A DNA stretch of 64,000 nt from Malacoraja senta (Eukaryota). Below, piece by piece: positions 23,906 through 36,627 of the stretch. Below the pieces are notes generated by a model that saw nothing but the letters and a program-made list of their open reading frames with translations, did no database searches and was not told the origin of the DNA. The stretch is from NCBI GenBank assembly GCA_038087875.1, contig JAXLNO010000179.1, positions 1 through 64,000 on the forward strand, read 5' to 3'. Numbering within the stretch: the stretch's first letter is position 1; each line of letters begins with the position of its first letter. Both the position numbers and the translations under genes were made by a program.

Positions 23906-26557
23906 CGGCGGCAGCGGGAAAGCGAGGATGGGTGGAGACGGGAGACTCGCAACGTCTTTTGGCGCCTTTTCCAGCCGCCAACGGCCGGGGGGAGGGGCTA
24001 TAAATAGCGGGAGTGGCAGAGAGGCGGCGAGTAGTGGAGGGGGATTAGGTGTGAGGTGGAGTTTAGTCGTGGGGTGGAGTTTAGTCGTGGGGTGGAGTTT
24101 AGTCGTGGGGTGGAGTTTAGTGGTGAGGTGGAGTTTCGTCGTGAGGTGGAGTTTAGTCGTGAGGTGGAGTTTAGTCGTGAGGTGGAGTTTAGTCGTGAGG
24201 TGGAGTTTAGTCGTGAGGTGGAGTTTAGTCGTGAGGTGGAGTTTAGTCGTGAGTTTGACGCTGTGTTTCCGACCCCTCGCTCTCTTGCAAATGCCTTGTG
24301 CTTTGAATTGGCCGTTGGGTTAAAGTTAATGATCAGTTCATTGATTACATGTGATGCTGAAAAGAAAGTGTCCGTGCAATAAATACCGACTCTGCAGATT
24401 GAACGTGAAGCCGAGGGCAGTTTGTTCACAGTCTGTACGTGCAGAGCTGGGCAGCATCTGTTTCATTTCGCTGTCCATTGAACAACCCAACCACAGCTGC
24501 CCCGTCTGTGGGCTGTGCACATCTGGAAAAGCCCAGAAGGTCAGGCAGTAACTGTGGAGAGAGTAAAGCTGCCTGCAAACCGCCCCACCCCACTGAAATG
24601 TACAGGGCTTGGCGATCGCATACTTTCTGTACTGAGGTCGGGGAAGTTTCACTTCTGTCACAATCTCCAGGACCCTGCAATCTACTGTGCAAGTCTTGCC
24701 CTAGTTTCACCTCCCAACCTCCACGCTTCCTACTTGTCGACCGCCTGCAGGCCCCGGGCCCCAACACTGGCCCGCGCCGCCTGCCCCAACACCACCAGGC
24801 CCAGTCCCGCGACGCCATCTTTGCCACGAGGAGCAGCACCAGCACTCACCGCCACCCTGACCGACCTCAGGCCCGGATCATCGAAGACGCCGCTGTCGCT
24901 GACCTTCACGTGACCGCTGCCGCCGACCTTCACCCACTCACCGATGAGGACGATCCTCGTTAACTCACTGGGACCGCCAACTATCGCCGCCTCACCGATA
25001 ACGCCGACTCTCACTGCCTCACCGGTACCTCCGACTATCGCCGCCTCAGCGGGACCGCCGACCCTCACCGGCCATCCGCTGACCGCTACTTCCGACACTT
25101 TGCCCGCTGAACCAGACTCCACTCCCCGTGGGCCTCCACCATTGACTCTACTGACCCTCGCCACTCCACCGCCCTCCAGCAGCTCACAGCCGTCGCTTTA
25201 CCCGAGTCTCCTCCATGACTTCCGTTTTCCAGCCCCCATTCACCATGGATGTCCAGTCACTCTACACCTCCATCCCACACCAGGAGGGTTTTAAAGCCCT
25301 CCGTTTCTTCCTCGACCACAGAACCAACCAATCCCCGTCTACTGATACTCTCCTCCGCCTAGCGGAGCTGGTCCTTACCCTCAACAACTTTTCCTTTAAC
25401 TTCTCCCATTTCCTCCAAATCCAAGGCAAAGCTATGGGCACGCGCATGGGCCACAGCTATGCCTGCCTCTTTGTAGGGTACGTCGAACAATCCATGTTCG
25501 AGACGTACCAGGGCCCTATCGCCGAACTCTACCTCCGCTACATCGACGACTGCATTGGTGCTACCTCCTGCACAACTCACTGACTTCATCCATTTCAGCT
25601 ATCTGGACTACACTTCTTCCCACCCTGCTTCCTGTAAGGACTCTATCCCCTACTCCCAAATTCCTCTATGCCGCATCTGCACCCAGGATGAGGTGTTCCA
25701 AACCTCATTCTTTAGGAAACGGGGGTTCCCTTCTTCGATTATAGATGAGGATCTCACCAGGGTCTCCCCTCTATCCCGTAGCTCAGCTCTCACTCCCCAT
25801 CCCCCCCACCCGTAACAAGGACAGAGTCCTCCTTGTCCTCACCTTCCATCCCACAAGCCATCAGATACAACAGATAACCCTCCGACATTTTCGCCACCTC
25901 CAACGGGATCCCACCACTTGCCACATCTTCCCATCTCCTCCCCTTTCGGCTTTCCGCAGAGACCGCTCCCTCCATAACTCCCTGGTTAATTTGTCCCTTC
26001 CCACCCAAACCACCCCCTCCCCTGGCACTTTCCCTTGCAGCCGCAGGAAATGCTACACTTGTCATTTTACCTCCCCCCATGACTCCATCCAAGGACCCAA
26101 GCAGTCTTTCCAGGTGAGGCAGAGGTTCACCTGCACGTCCTCCAACCTCACCTATTGCATCCGCTGTTCTAAGTGTCAACTGCTCTACATCGGTGAGACC
26201 AAGCGCAGGCTTGGCGATCGCTTTGCCCAACACCTCCGCTCTGTTCGCATTAACCAACCCGATCTCCCGGTGGCTCAGCACTTCAACTCCCCCTCCCATT
26301 CCGAATCTGACCTTTCTGTACTGGGCCTCCTCCATGGCCAGAGTGAGTCTCACTGTAAATTGGAGGAGCAACACCTCATATTTCGCTTGGGCAGTTTACA
26401 CCCCAGCGGTATGAACATTGACTTCTCCAATTTCAGGTAGTCCTTGCTTTCTCCCCTTCCAATCTCTCCCACAGCCTACTGTCTCTGCCTCTTCCTTTCT
26501 TCCTCCCGCCTCCCACCACCACATCAGTCTGAAGAAGGGTCTCGACCCGTAACGTCA
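23906..26557 (+). mobile_element. Penelope-like retroelement (RT + GIY-YIG endonuclease), decayed
   Basis: RT motifs FTMDVQSLYTSIPH, GKAMGTRMG, LRYIDDC. GIY-YIG region C..CYTC...FTCTSSNLTYCIRCSKCQLLYIGETKRRLGDRFAQH ends PSGMNIDFSNFR at 26440. TATAAATA at 24000. Frameshifts and deletions; the 5' boundary is approximate. Confidence 0.85.
24056..24255. repeat. 19-bp tandem repeat, about 10 copies (GTGGAGTTTAGTCGTGAGG)
   Basis: Directly visible just downstream of the TATA box at 24000. Confidence 0.95.
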
Positions 26558-26649
26558 TCTTGTATTAATCAAATGTAAATATCAAAAAATAAAATGTCAA
26601 ATTTGTGTCTTCAATCAACTGCAACGAAAACCTACACAATTTTTGTAGC

Positions 26650-27550
26650 TCTCTGGCGGCCTTTTTTGTAGTCGCTTTGGCGGCCATTTTCGTATACGCT
26701 GCGGCGGCGGCCATTTTTGTAGTCGCCGATGTGGCCATTTTTGTAGTCGTGAGCGGTCATTCGGCGGCCATTTTTGTAGTTTTTCTCCGGCCATGTGACA
26801 GGAGGCCGCGGCGGCCATTTTGTCGGCGGGTGGGCTGAGGCATAGACGGGCCTCGCCCCACAAACCCCACCCACCCACCGCTGCAGGTTGGGACCGGCTC
26901 CACCCACCGGCGCCGCGCCCTCCCTCCCTCCCTCCCTCCCTCCCGCCCTCCCTCCCCCGGCGGAGACTGGAAACTGCCGGGGAATCGACCTGTGGCGGCA
27001 TCGACCGACCGAGCGCCGGCTGACGAGCGGCCGAGGCTCCTCCACCCCGATGCTGGGCCGAGCGGACGGACGGGCAGCAGCGGCCGGGGATCGTCGACAT
27101 CGGCGGCGGCGCCAGTGAGTGAGGGAGGGGGGAAGGGAGGGAGGGAGGAGCAGAAGGACGTGTTGGGCCGGGGGCGGGCGGGGCAACAACAACAACAACA
27201 GCAGCCGCCGCCCCAGGGAGGCCCCGCCCGCTCTACCGGGTGGCGACGCCTTGAGCAGCGGCCGGGCGGGGGCGGGGGCGGGGCCGGAGTGTCGGGAGAT
27301 GACTGTCCGGCCGCTGGGCGATGGGCGGCGGTGCCGGTGATGCTGGGGCCGGGGGCGGGGCCGGAGTCGGAGTGTCGGGAGATGACGGTGGGCGATGGGC
27401 GGCGGAGCCGGTGACGCTGGGGCTGGGGCGGGCGGGGCTGACGCTGGGGGGGGGAGGGGCAGCTCCGGGCGGCAGCAGCAGCCGCGGTCTCTCAGCCCCG
27501 GTGGGCGGCTCCGGCTCCGGGCGCCTCGGCTCTGTCATGCGGGAGGAGGG
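26650..27550. promoter_or_regulatory. CpG-rich island with clustered GCGGCCATTTT (YY1-like) motifs at 26655-26825
   Basis: Very high GC/CpG content; about 6 copies of (G)GCCATTTT. Function is inferred only. Confidence 0.45.
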
Positions 27551-27909
27551 AAAGCGAGGGCAGAGGCTGCTGCGCCGCTGGCAGATGGTGGAGTCAGTGA
27601 CAAAGATGAAGGTGAAAGTGATGAAACTTGTTGGATCAGGACGAGCTGGGAAATGTAAAGCCAGAGGGAGGTGGGTGGGAAGGTCAAAGGGAAATATGGG
27701 GCAAGAAGATGGAGATGAACGTCCTTCCCTTCACTCCCCCTCCCTACCTCACCCTGGTGAGCACATTCCCCACCTCACTCACTCACTCACTCACTCACTC
27801 ACTCACCAACCAACACCGGGTCCTTTCCCTTCCTCTCTTCACTCATCTCTCAAACACCAGTCCCATAGGGAGGTTGCACGACCCGTCACCTGTACTGTTG
27901 CCACGCAGC

Positions 27910-27981
27910 GCCAACTGGAGGACATGCGGTGAAGCCAACTGGAGGACATGCGGTGAAGCCAACTGGAGGACATGCGGTGAA
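27910..27981. repeat. 24-bp tandem repeat x3 (GCCAACTGGAGGACATGCGGTGAA)
   Basis: Three exact copies. Confidence 0.95.
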
Positions 27982-28180
27982 CTGCAGGTAAACATTTACT
28001 ATGTAGGAATGTTACAACATTTTGAGATTTTAAACCAAGCCTGTAATTTATCCCTTCAAATAAAACATAAAATTAAGTTTAATTTGACACCTAATTCACT
28101 TTCATATCTTCAGTATTAACAAAGTTATGGCCATTTTTATACTAGGAAATTAGCAACTTGTTCTCTATTGCTTTTCCATT

Positions 28181-30600
28181 TAGGCTGTGGGTCGAGCGTC
28201 AAAAATGTGTCTAGAAATCCATTTTCGTGACCCACATCTCAGAACTACATGACATTTTCCATAGATTTAGATGAAATATAATTGAGAAGAAAGTCATAAC
28301 TCGTCAGTGCCAAAAGTTGCACATTAAATAATTAAACTTATTAGAAATTGAGATCGGGAAAGTAAGCGCCATCTAGTGGCCAATATTACACCATGGGCAG
28401 CCTATTTCCGTGTTGCAGTCCATTTAAACTATATTATTATACCTATATATATATGATGTAAACATGACTGTAATCATATATAATTTAGTATAATTATATT
28501 ATAATGTGGCTTTGAGAAAAAAGATACAGGATACTGAGTTGGATGATCAGCCATGATCATATTGAATGGCTCGAAGGGCGGAATGGCCTACTCCTGCACC
28601 TATTTTCTATGTTTCTATATAAAAATAATATAATGAATATAATTGTGAGTGTTTTTTGAATGAGACTGCTCCAGAGATCTGGCTCCTGAACCAGCCTAAT
28701 TAATGGGTGAGGGCAGTTCTTGTGGATTCCTCCCTTTACTGAACCCCACTGACTGCCAGTGTGCAGAGTGGGGGTCATGGCCATAGTGGGTCTGGGGCAG
28801 TGCCAGGCTGGGGGACAGTCCTGCAAGGCATCTTCCAGTCACTTTAATAGGAAAATGAATGAGACTGCCGCAGAGGTCCCAGGTTTTATGGGCTTATGAA
28901 CCTGCCTAATTAAAGGGCCAGGACAGATCCTCTGGGTTCCCCCGTTTACTGAACCCCACTGACTGCCATAGTGGGGAGAGTGGGGGTCACGGCCATAGTG
29001 GGACTGGGGCAGTGCCAGGTTGGGGGACAGACCTGTAAGAGTAAAGTCTTATTTCTGATGTAATGAAATGTCACATCCTGACGAAGAATCGAATGCTCTG
29101 ATGTTTACTCGACGAGTATTCATTTTAAGCTACAATGAGCCTATATTTATGTTACAGACCCCCTCATGGTGCCTTTGCAAATGAGGGCTATTAGCTTTAA
29201 CCTAAAAGAACCCTAAAGGTGTTGCATTGTTTGAGTATCTGTAGTTTGTGTGTGTGTCTGTGTATACCTGTCAAACGTGTATCTGTAGATGAGTGGATGT
29301 AAATGTGTGGATGTATGTGTGGGTGAATGGGTGGATGTGTGTGTGGATGTATATGTGTGTGTGTGTGTGTGTCGATGTATATGTCTGGATGGATGTGTGC
29401 ATGTATGTCTGCATGCGGATGGATGTGCGGATGTGTGTGTGGATGCGTGGATGTATTTGTGCATGTATGTGCATGCATGGAAGTGTGCGTACGGATGTAT
29501 GTATGTGTGTGTGGATGGGTGGGTGGACTGTTGCACTGTCATTCACCAGCACGCCATTATCATAAGTAATTCACTCATTGTTTAAATAATTTGACCAAAT
29601 AAACAGTGAAACGATCGACATAAAATAAAACTTTATATAATCATTTATTTCCCCGATTTATTTGTTTACATTAGTTCTTGGTTTCTTGGTCCTCCAAAAT
29701 ATTCCAAATTGGAACTTAAACTGGATCTGATTTTCATCTGAATATTCTTCATCAGATTCCAAGACTTTTGCAGTAATAGAGTTTCTGCAGTCAACACACT
29801 GACATAAATCTGTACATGGCTCACCATGCTGTTGACATGAGCATCTTCCTTCCCTGTACTTGATTTCTCACAGTTTGTTTTCTTGCATGAACAGTATGTT
29901 AATTCTAGCAAGGTGCTTGGGGCTGGAGGCAGATCACCCTAGTCAATGTCCAATTCACCACCTACAATTTTCCACCCATGTCCATGTTTGTTGACCATCA
30001 CGTGTCATGGATCGAAGCAGTCTCTTTCGGGCCGTCTCATCTGCTTCACCATCAGGAACTGCCTCTTGAGGTGATTCACCTGCTTCAGGCTTTTCAGCGT
30101 CTTGAACTCAATTGAAAGAGGAAAAAGAAAACGGAAAAGGAATGAAAAGTAAAATAAATCAACATCTTCAAATATATCTTTTCATGTTGGGTCTTTTCAT
30201 GTTGTTTGAGTCCCATCATTACCTTTCTTCCTTCTAGACCTTGCTATAGCTCGATTTATTGTTATGTTGCAGAAGTGATGATAGCACTCTGCATGATAAC
30301 CCGGGATACACTGCTGCCTCCTAATAATAGAAGATAAAATGTGTCGGGGAGTATTTTACATCTTTTCATGTTTTATATTAGGTAAGACAATATCAACATA
30401 TCAATGGGGAAATTATACATGTACGAATGTCCAGGTAGATGGGATGGCAAATCTGCAAATGATCAAATTAGTGTTCATTATGGCACTTTTGTGTGGACAG
30501 GCTCTGAAGAGTGGAGGGGTAGAAGCTGCAGGAAAACAAATCTCATAGTATTTAGGTCTGCATGGACTTCAATTCATGGACTTCAATTCATAAAATGTCA
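28181..30600 (-). mobile_element. Academ-like DNA transposon remnant (internally deleted)
   Basis: Terminus TAGGCTGTGGGTCGAG at 28181; a related end CTCGGCCCACGGTCTA lies at 23162-23177. Minus-strand HGWKI...PPAPSTLLELTYCSCKKTNC...CSC...CTDLCQCVDCRN Cys-rich tail (about 29780-29985) and YHAECY (30281-30298). The far boundary is approximate. Confidence 0.55.
29245..29525. repeat. TG/TGGA-rich microsatellite
   Basis: Directly visible. Confidence 0.85.
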
Positions 30601-31869
30601 ATCTCTTCTTAATGTCAATGAGACTTACACTGTAATTTACTGCCATAGATAAGTTAGTTCAAGTTCAAGTGGAGGGGCAGAGGCTGCAGAATAGCTAGAG
30701 AAAGAAACATATCATAGTACCCGCTCCTCCTGAATAAGGTGAGGGGGTGATTGTGGAGTAAGTGACAAAGACTAGAGATGTAAAGGTGAGAATGTTTCAG
30801 AAGGAGAGGAAGTGCGAAATGTAAAGTTTGAAGGAGGTATACGAGTGTAATGGGACAGGGTGGGGGTGAAGGGGGTAAAAGGGAAATATGGGACTCTGAG
30901 AGGGAGATGAGCATACTGATGGAAACTCCCATCTTACCCTGCACCCCCACCTTGGTGTCCACACTTCCCCAAAACCTCAGTCACTGCTCCTACCCCTCTG
31001 TACGCTCATCACTCATCCCCGAGTTATATTTTCCTCCTACCCCTTGCACCCATATCCATCCCTCTGGCTTTACATTTCAATGCTCTCATCTCCTTATCTG
31101 ACAACCTTTGTCTCCTTTTCACCTCCAGCCTTTTGTCACTTACTCCATCCATCTGCCAACCTCCCCCTCACCTGTATCCACCTATCACTCGCCAGGCTTT
31201 GTCCTGCTCCCTTCTCTCTCCCCACTTTCTCTGCCCTACTCCATCAGTCTGAAGAAGTTTCCTGACCCAAAATGTCGGTCCATTTACTTTGTGTTCAGAC
31301 AGATGGTGCCTGACCCATTGAGTACCTCCAGTACTGTTTAGACCTAGTTATATTCACTGGTTAAATTAGTGCTAAAGTTAGAGTTTAATATTCATGGCCT
31401 TTATTTTATGCCAATTACAATTTATTAATCCAGCCCATTCCAGTAGTCCCTAGTTTGGAAAGATAGCATGGAAATGGGCCCTTTGGCCCACTGAGTCCAT
31501 GCTGACCAGCAATCACCCATTCCCTAACTACACTAGGAACAATTTACAGATGCCGACTAACTTACAAACCTGCACATCTTTGGTATGTGGGAGGAAAGCA
31601 GACACCCAGAGAAAATCTCTGTGGTCGCAGAGAGAGCATACAAACTCTGCAGACAGCACCAGAGATCAGGATCAAACACGGGTTTCTGCTACTGTAAGAC
31701 AGTAACTCTACTACTGTGCCACCCATATTTTAGTTGGTCTTAATGTATTTATTTTAGTACAATGTGAAGAAGGGTCCTGACCCGAAACGTCACCTGTCCA
31801 TGTTCTGCAGAGATGCTGCCTGACCCGCTGAGTTACTCCAGCACTCTGTGAAACGTCACCTATCCATCG

Positions 31870-32730
31870 AATGGTATGTTAGCATTCATAGCAAGAGGAT
31901 TTGAGTATAGGGACAGGGAGGTTCTACTGCAGTTGTACAGGGTCTTGGTGAGACCACACCTGGAGTATTGCGTACAGTTTTGGTCTCCAAATCTGAGGAA
32001 AGACATTCTTGCCATAGAGGGAGTACAGAGAAGGTTCACCAGACTGATTCCTGGTATGTCAGGACTTTCATATGAAGAAACCCTCGGGCTCATCGTCCTC
32101 CAGTTTCCTTTTTTCTCCCCGCCTCCTCCCACCCCCTATCAGTCTGAAGGGTTTCGGCCCGAAACGTTGCCTATCTCCTTCGCTCCATAGATGCTGCTGC
32201 ACCCGCTGACTTTCTCCAGCATTTTTGTGTACCATTTAGATAATAATCTTCCTTTCTGTTTTTGCTACCAAAGTGGATAACCTCTCATTTATCCGCATTA
32301 AACTGCATCTGCCATGCATCTGCTTACTCACCCAACCTGTCCAAGTCCACCCTGCATTCTCATAGCATCCTCCTCACAGTTCACACTGCCACCCAGCTTT
32401 CTGTCATCTGTAAATTTGCTAATGTTACTTTTAATCCCTTCATCTGGATCATGAATGCATATAGTAAATAGCTGCAGTCCCAGCACTGAGCCTTGCGGTA
32501 TCCCACTAGTCACTGCCTGCCATTCTGAAAGGGACCAGTTATCCCTACTCTTTGTTTCCTGTCTGCCAACCAATTTTCTATCCATGTCAGTACCCTACAC
32601 CCAATACCATGCGCTCTAATTTTGCCCACCAATCTCCTATGTGCGACTTTATCAAATGCTTTCTGAAAGTCCAGGTACACTACATCCACTAGCTCTCCCT
32701 TGTCCATTTTCCTAGTTACGTCCTCAAAGA
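31870..32730. mobile_element. CR1 LINE fragments (+ strand 31870-32078; - strand about 32237-32730)
   Basis: LVRPHLEYCVQFWSP on +; VDVVYLDFQKAFDKV and SGIPQGSVLG on -. Confidence 0.8.
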
Positions 32731-34705
32731 ACTCGGACCGATCCTGCTACTGCTATCCAAATGTGCCTCTTTCATCTTTTATAGTCAGAGGCTATTGTGT
32801 GGAGGTGGGGATCAGGGAGTGGAGGTGAGGGTGGTGCCGGTTGGAGCGTGGGGGTGGTGGTGCCGCAGTTGTCATGGTTCCTGTCCCCACCCCCCTGGGG
32901 TTGGAGCCGCGACACAAACTAACACTAGAATGTAGCATTTTGAACGATGCAGCCAATGGGCAGCGGGACATAGACACAGACAGACGGCGTTGGAGGAGAT
33001 CGTGTCTGGTGTCTGCTCTGCTCTGCTTAGCTCAGCTGTACCCTACCCTACTGTACCCTACCCTCATCTACCATCATCTACTATACTATACTGTACTCTA
33101 GGTGTGGCGGGGACAGGTGGCGACCAGAAGGGGAGTGGGTGAAGTGGCCACGCTCCCGCTCCTTGTTCCCGGCGCCGCGGCGAAGCTTCTGCTGCTCGGA
33201 CCCTGCAGGGACCATCACTCGGTGAGTCTGTCTGTCTGTCCCTGGCCCCGCACAGGTGACCGCTCCTCCCGGCGCCGGGGGCCCTGCGGACGGTGGCGGC
33301 TCCCAGCCTCACCCCCTTGACTGCCTCACCTTAAACACCGACCCACGTCAGTGCTCTCAGAGCCCAGGGGCACTTCACCGCTGAATGAACTAACCGCACA
33401 CTTTAAAGAAATATTGTACAAGTTATTGACATTTGTAACTTTACAAAAACTACTTTTAAAGCCGCTTCCACTTGCCCTGCCTGTCAATGGCATAACGATG
33501 GAATCCTGAATCTCATGGACATAAAATTCTAAACAAAATCAGTTTCATTCAAATTCTTCCGTTTTCATTCACGTTACACAGGGAATCCGAATCTCATTGA
33601 CATTAAACATCGTGTGGGATTGGGGTGGGATAGGGTAGAGGTGAGGAGTGGGGGAGCAGGCAGGCAAGGAGAGGGGTTATGGAGGGAGGAAGGGAGTGAC
33701 TGAGGGAGGGAGAGGTGATTGAGGGAGGAGAGGGGAAAGAAGAGGGAAGGTGAAGATACCTGGTGTGGGCCGAGCCTCGGGGCTGTAGCCGGGCCCGGGC
33801 GCTGGGGAGCGGACACAGACACGGACTGGACCCTGAACGCGGTTCCTAGCCCTGGGCTGGGGTTCGAGCCGGTGTGGGGTCCGGAGGCTGCTGCTCCGGG
33901 CCCACAGGGAGGGAGTGGAGCGGGACCTGGGGCAAGGACTAGGCCGCAGCCTCGTCCTCTCCCTCCCCCAGACCGCAGCCTCAGCCTCTCCCTCCCATGG
34001 CTCCAGACCTGTCGACACATGTATGGTCGTGAATAGTCGTCCAAAGAGTCCTACCTTTTCCTAGTCGCCACTGGATTTTCAACGTGTTGACGTTGAACTA
34101 TGACGGATGCCGGCAGTCGTCGAAAAAAATTGCGTACGTGGGACAGGCCCTTTAGACTGTTGAGGAAGCCTTGTTTATGGGCTCACAGTCAGGTGGGGGC
34201 TGTAAAGCTTCACTTGGTTCCAGTTGGATTGTCTGGTCCCTGTATTGTCTTAGATAGATGCAAAATGCTGGATTAACTCAACAGGACAGGCAGCATCTCT
34301 GGAGAGAAGGAATGGGTGACGTTTCTGATCTAGATGCTTCTTCAGACATATATCGGGAGTGGGAGGTACATAGATAAGGAAGTGTGTAGACAAGGAAATC
34401 TATGTTTATAGATAAGGATATCTCCCACTCCCCTGACATCAGTCTGAAGAAGGATTTCGACAGGAAACGTCACCCATTCCTTCGCTCCAGCGATGATGCC
34501 TGTCCCGCTGAGTTTCTCTAGCATTTTGTGTCCATCTTTGGTGTAAAGCAGCATCTGCAGTTCCTTCCTACACAAGCCATTTGGGCAGGCCGGTGGGGGT
34601 GAGTAGGAGGGGTTGGGGGAGACGTGTAAAATCACAAAGGATAGTGAGTGTGGAGAAGTCGTGTCAGGATGACAAGGTCACTGTGTTGACGGTGCAGGTT
34701 TAAAA

Positions 34706-34990
34706 GGGTGGCACGGTGGCGCAGTGTAGAGTTGCTGCCTTACAGCACTTGCGGCATCAGAGACCAGAGTTCGATCCCGACTACAGGTGCTGTATTTACA
34801 GAGTTTGTATGTTCTCCTCGAGGGTTTTCTCCGAGATCTTCCGTTTCCTCCCAAGCTCCAAAGACATACAGACTTGTTGGTTAATTGGCTTTGTATAAAT
34901 GTAAAATTGTCCCTAGTGTGTTTAGGGTAGAGTTAATGTGCAGGGATTGCTGGTCGGTGGGTCGAAGGCTTGTTTCCGCGCTGTACCTAA
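34706..34990 (+). mobile_element. tRNA-derived SINE (HE1/V-SINE-like); related copies at 48734-49026 (+), 52268-52385 (+), ~45060-45280 (-), ~31470-31722 (-)
   Basis: A-box-like TGGCGCAGTGTAG, B-box-like AGTTCGATCCC, central tgtaaaattgtccctagtgtg, and a CR1-like tail cttgtttccgcgctgta. Confidence 0.75.
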
Positions 34991-35816
34991 ACTCTACAGT
35001 GATTGGAAACAACCAGCGCTGCCTTTGGGTTTCTTGGTTTTTGGTCACATTTGCTCTGAAACAGAGAAGGAAGCAGATCCGGTGAACTTCTCAAAGAAAC
35101 TGGAGAAATGATGGAAATGGAATGGGTTTGCAGGCCAGTGGGGGAAGAGCGAGGGGCAGGGGGATGGTGATTGTTCAAGCATTTGTAACTATCTTCCGTT
35201 CAGGCAGCGGGCGCAGGCAGCCATGTGTTAGACACTTGATACAGCTAGTTATAACTAGTCCCAAAGACGTGCGGATTTGTAGCTTTATTGGCCTCTGTAA
35301 ATTGTCCCTAGTGTGGAAGGGAGTGGATGTGAAAATGAGGTAGCTTTGGGGTTATGTGGAGAAGGTGGGAGAATGGAGATGATGGGGAAAGATAGATCAG
35401 CCATGATTGAATGGTGTAGTAAATGATGGGCCGAATGGCAATTCTGCTCCTTGAACATGAACTTATCTACATAGAACTAGTATGAAAGGGAGATTGATGG
35501 TCAGCATGGACTCGATGGGCCAAGGCGCCTGGATCCTTTCTGTACCTCAGGTTTAGCTTTATTATTATTACATGTGGGGCTGGTGTACAGTGAAAAGCTT
35601 TGTTTTGTAAGCTATCCAATCAAATCAGATACAAAATATTCATCAATACAATCGCCAAATCAAGTTCAATAGGTAGAGCAAAGGGGAAGATACAGAGTGC
35701 AGAATATAGTTCTCAGCATTGTAGTGAAATAAACTGAGCTAAACCGAGGTGCAGTGAGTGTTCTGGGACGCTTTGCCAGTTGTCACGTGGCCTGTGGCTT
35801 GTGTTGTCTGAGACCT

Positions 35817-36150
35817 TAAGGGGTTGGACAGGCTAGATGCAGGAAGATTGTTCCCGATGTTGGGGAAGTCCAGAACAAGGGGGAAGTCTTTTAGGACCGA
35901 GATGAGAAAAACATTTTTCACACAGAGAGTGGTGAATCTCTGGAATTCTCTGCCACAGAAGGTAGTTGAGGCCAGTTCATTGGCTATATTTAAGAGGGAG
36001 TTAGATGTGGCCCTTGTGGCTAAAGGGATCAGGGGGTATGGAGAGAAGGCAGGTACGGGATACTGAGTTGGATGATCAGCCATGATCATATTGAATGGCG
36101 GTGCTGGCTCGAAGGGCCGAATGGCCTACTCCTGCACCTATTTTCTATGT
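35817..36150 (+). mobile_element. CR1 LINE 3' end
   Basis: FFTQRVVNLWNSLP...GYGEKAGTGY followed by a 3' UTR ending cctattttctatgtt. Confidence 0.85.
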
Positions 36151-36627
36151 TATCTGCTGTTTGGGCACAGCCTCGCATGTTGAGTGGACGCAGTGTTGGC
36201 CCTGCAGGTGGTGCTGGCTGGCGCCAGCCTGTTGAAAAATAAAAACACGCAGATGCTGGAAGTCCGAAATGAAAACGGGAGACGCGTTGTAGGCTTTGCA
36301 GGCCTGACCCCATTAATGTGTCAGGTCACCAATCCTCCATTGAAAGAGTCACAAAACAGAGAAACAGGCCCTTCAGCCCAACTCCTCGTCCATGCCGACA
36401 AAGGAGCCTTCCCGGGCTGCTCCCATTTGCCTGTGTTTGGCCCATATCCCCCTAAACCTTTCCAATCCGTATCCCTCACCAAACGTCTTTTAAACACTGA
36501 AATCATTTCCTCTGGCAGTTCGTTCCATGTCCCCTCCACTCTCTGTTGGAAAGGTTGCCCCTCAGGTTGCCCGTAAAATCATTCTCCTGTCACCCACGCC
36601 TCTAGCCCCTAGTTGTAGATTCCCCGA

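Noticed and set aside
26605..27932. GC-rich overlapping ORFs (also at 33574-34044 and 42690-43518)
   Set aside because: Low-complexity Pro/Gly/Arg translations expected from high GC content; no recognisable domains.
28657..29036. About 200-bp imperfect tandem duplication
   Set aside because: Real, but probably an ordinary internal repeat of the transposon remnant; no further signal.
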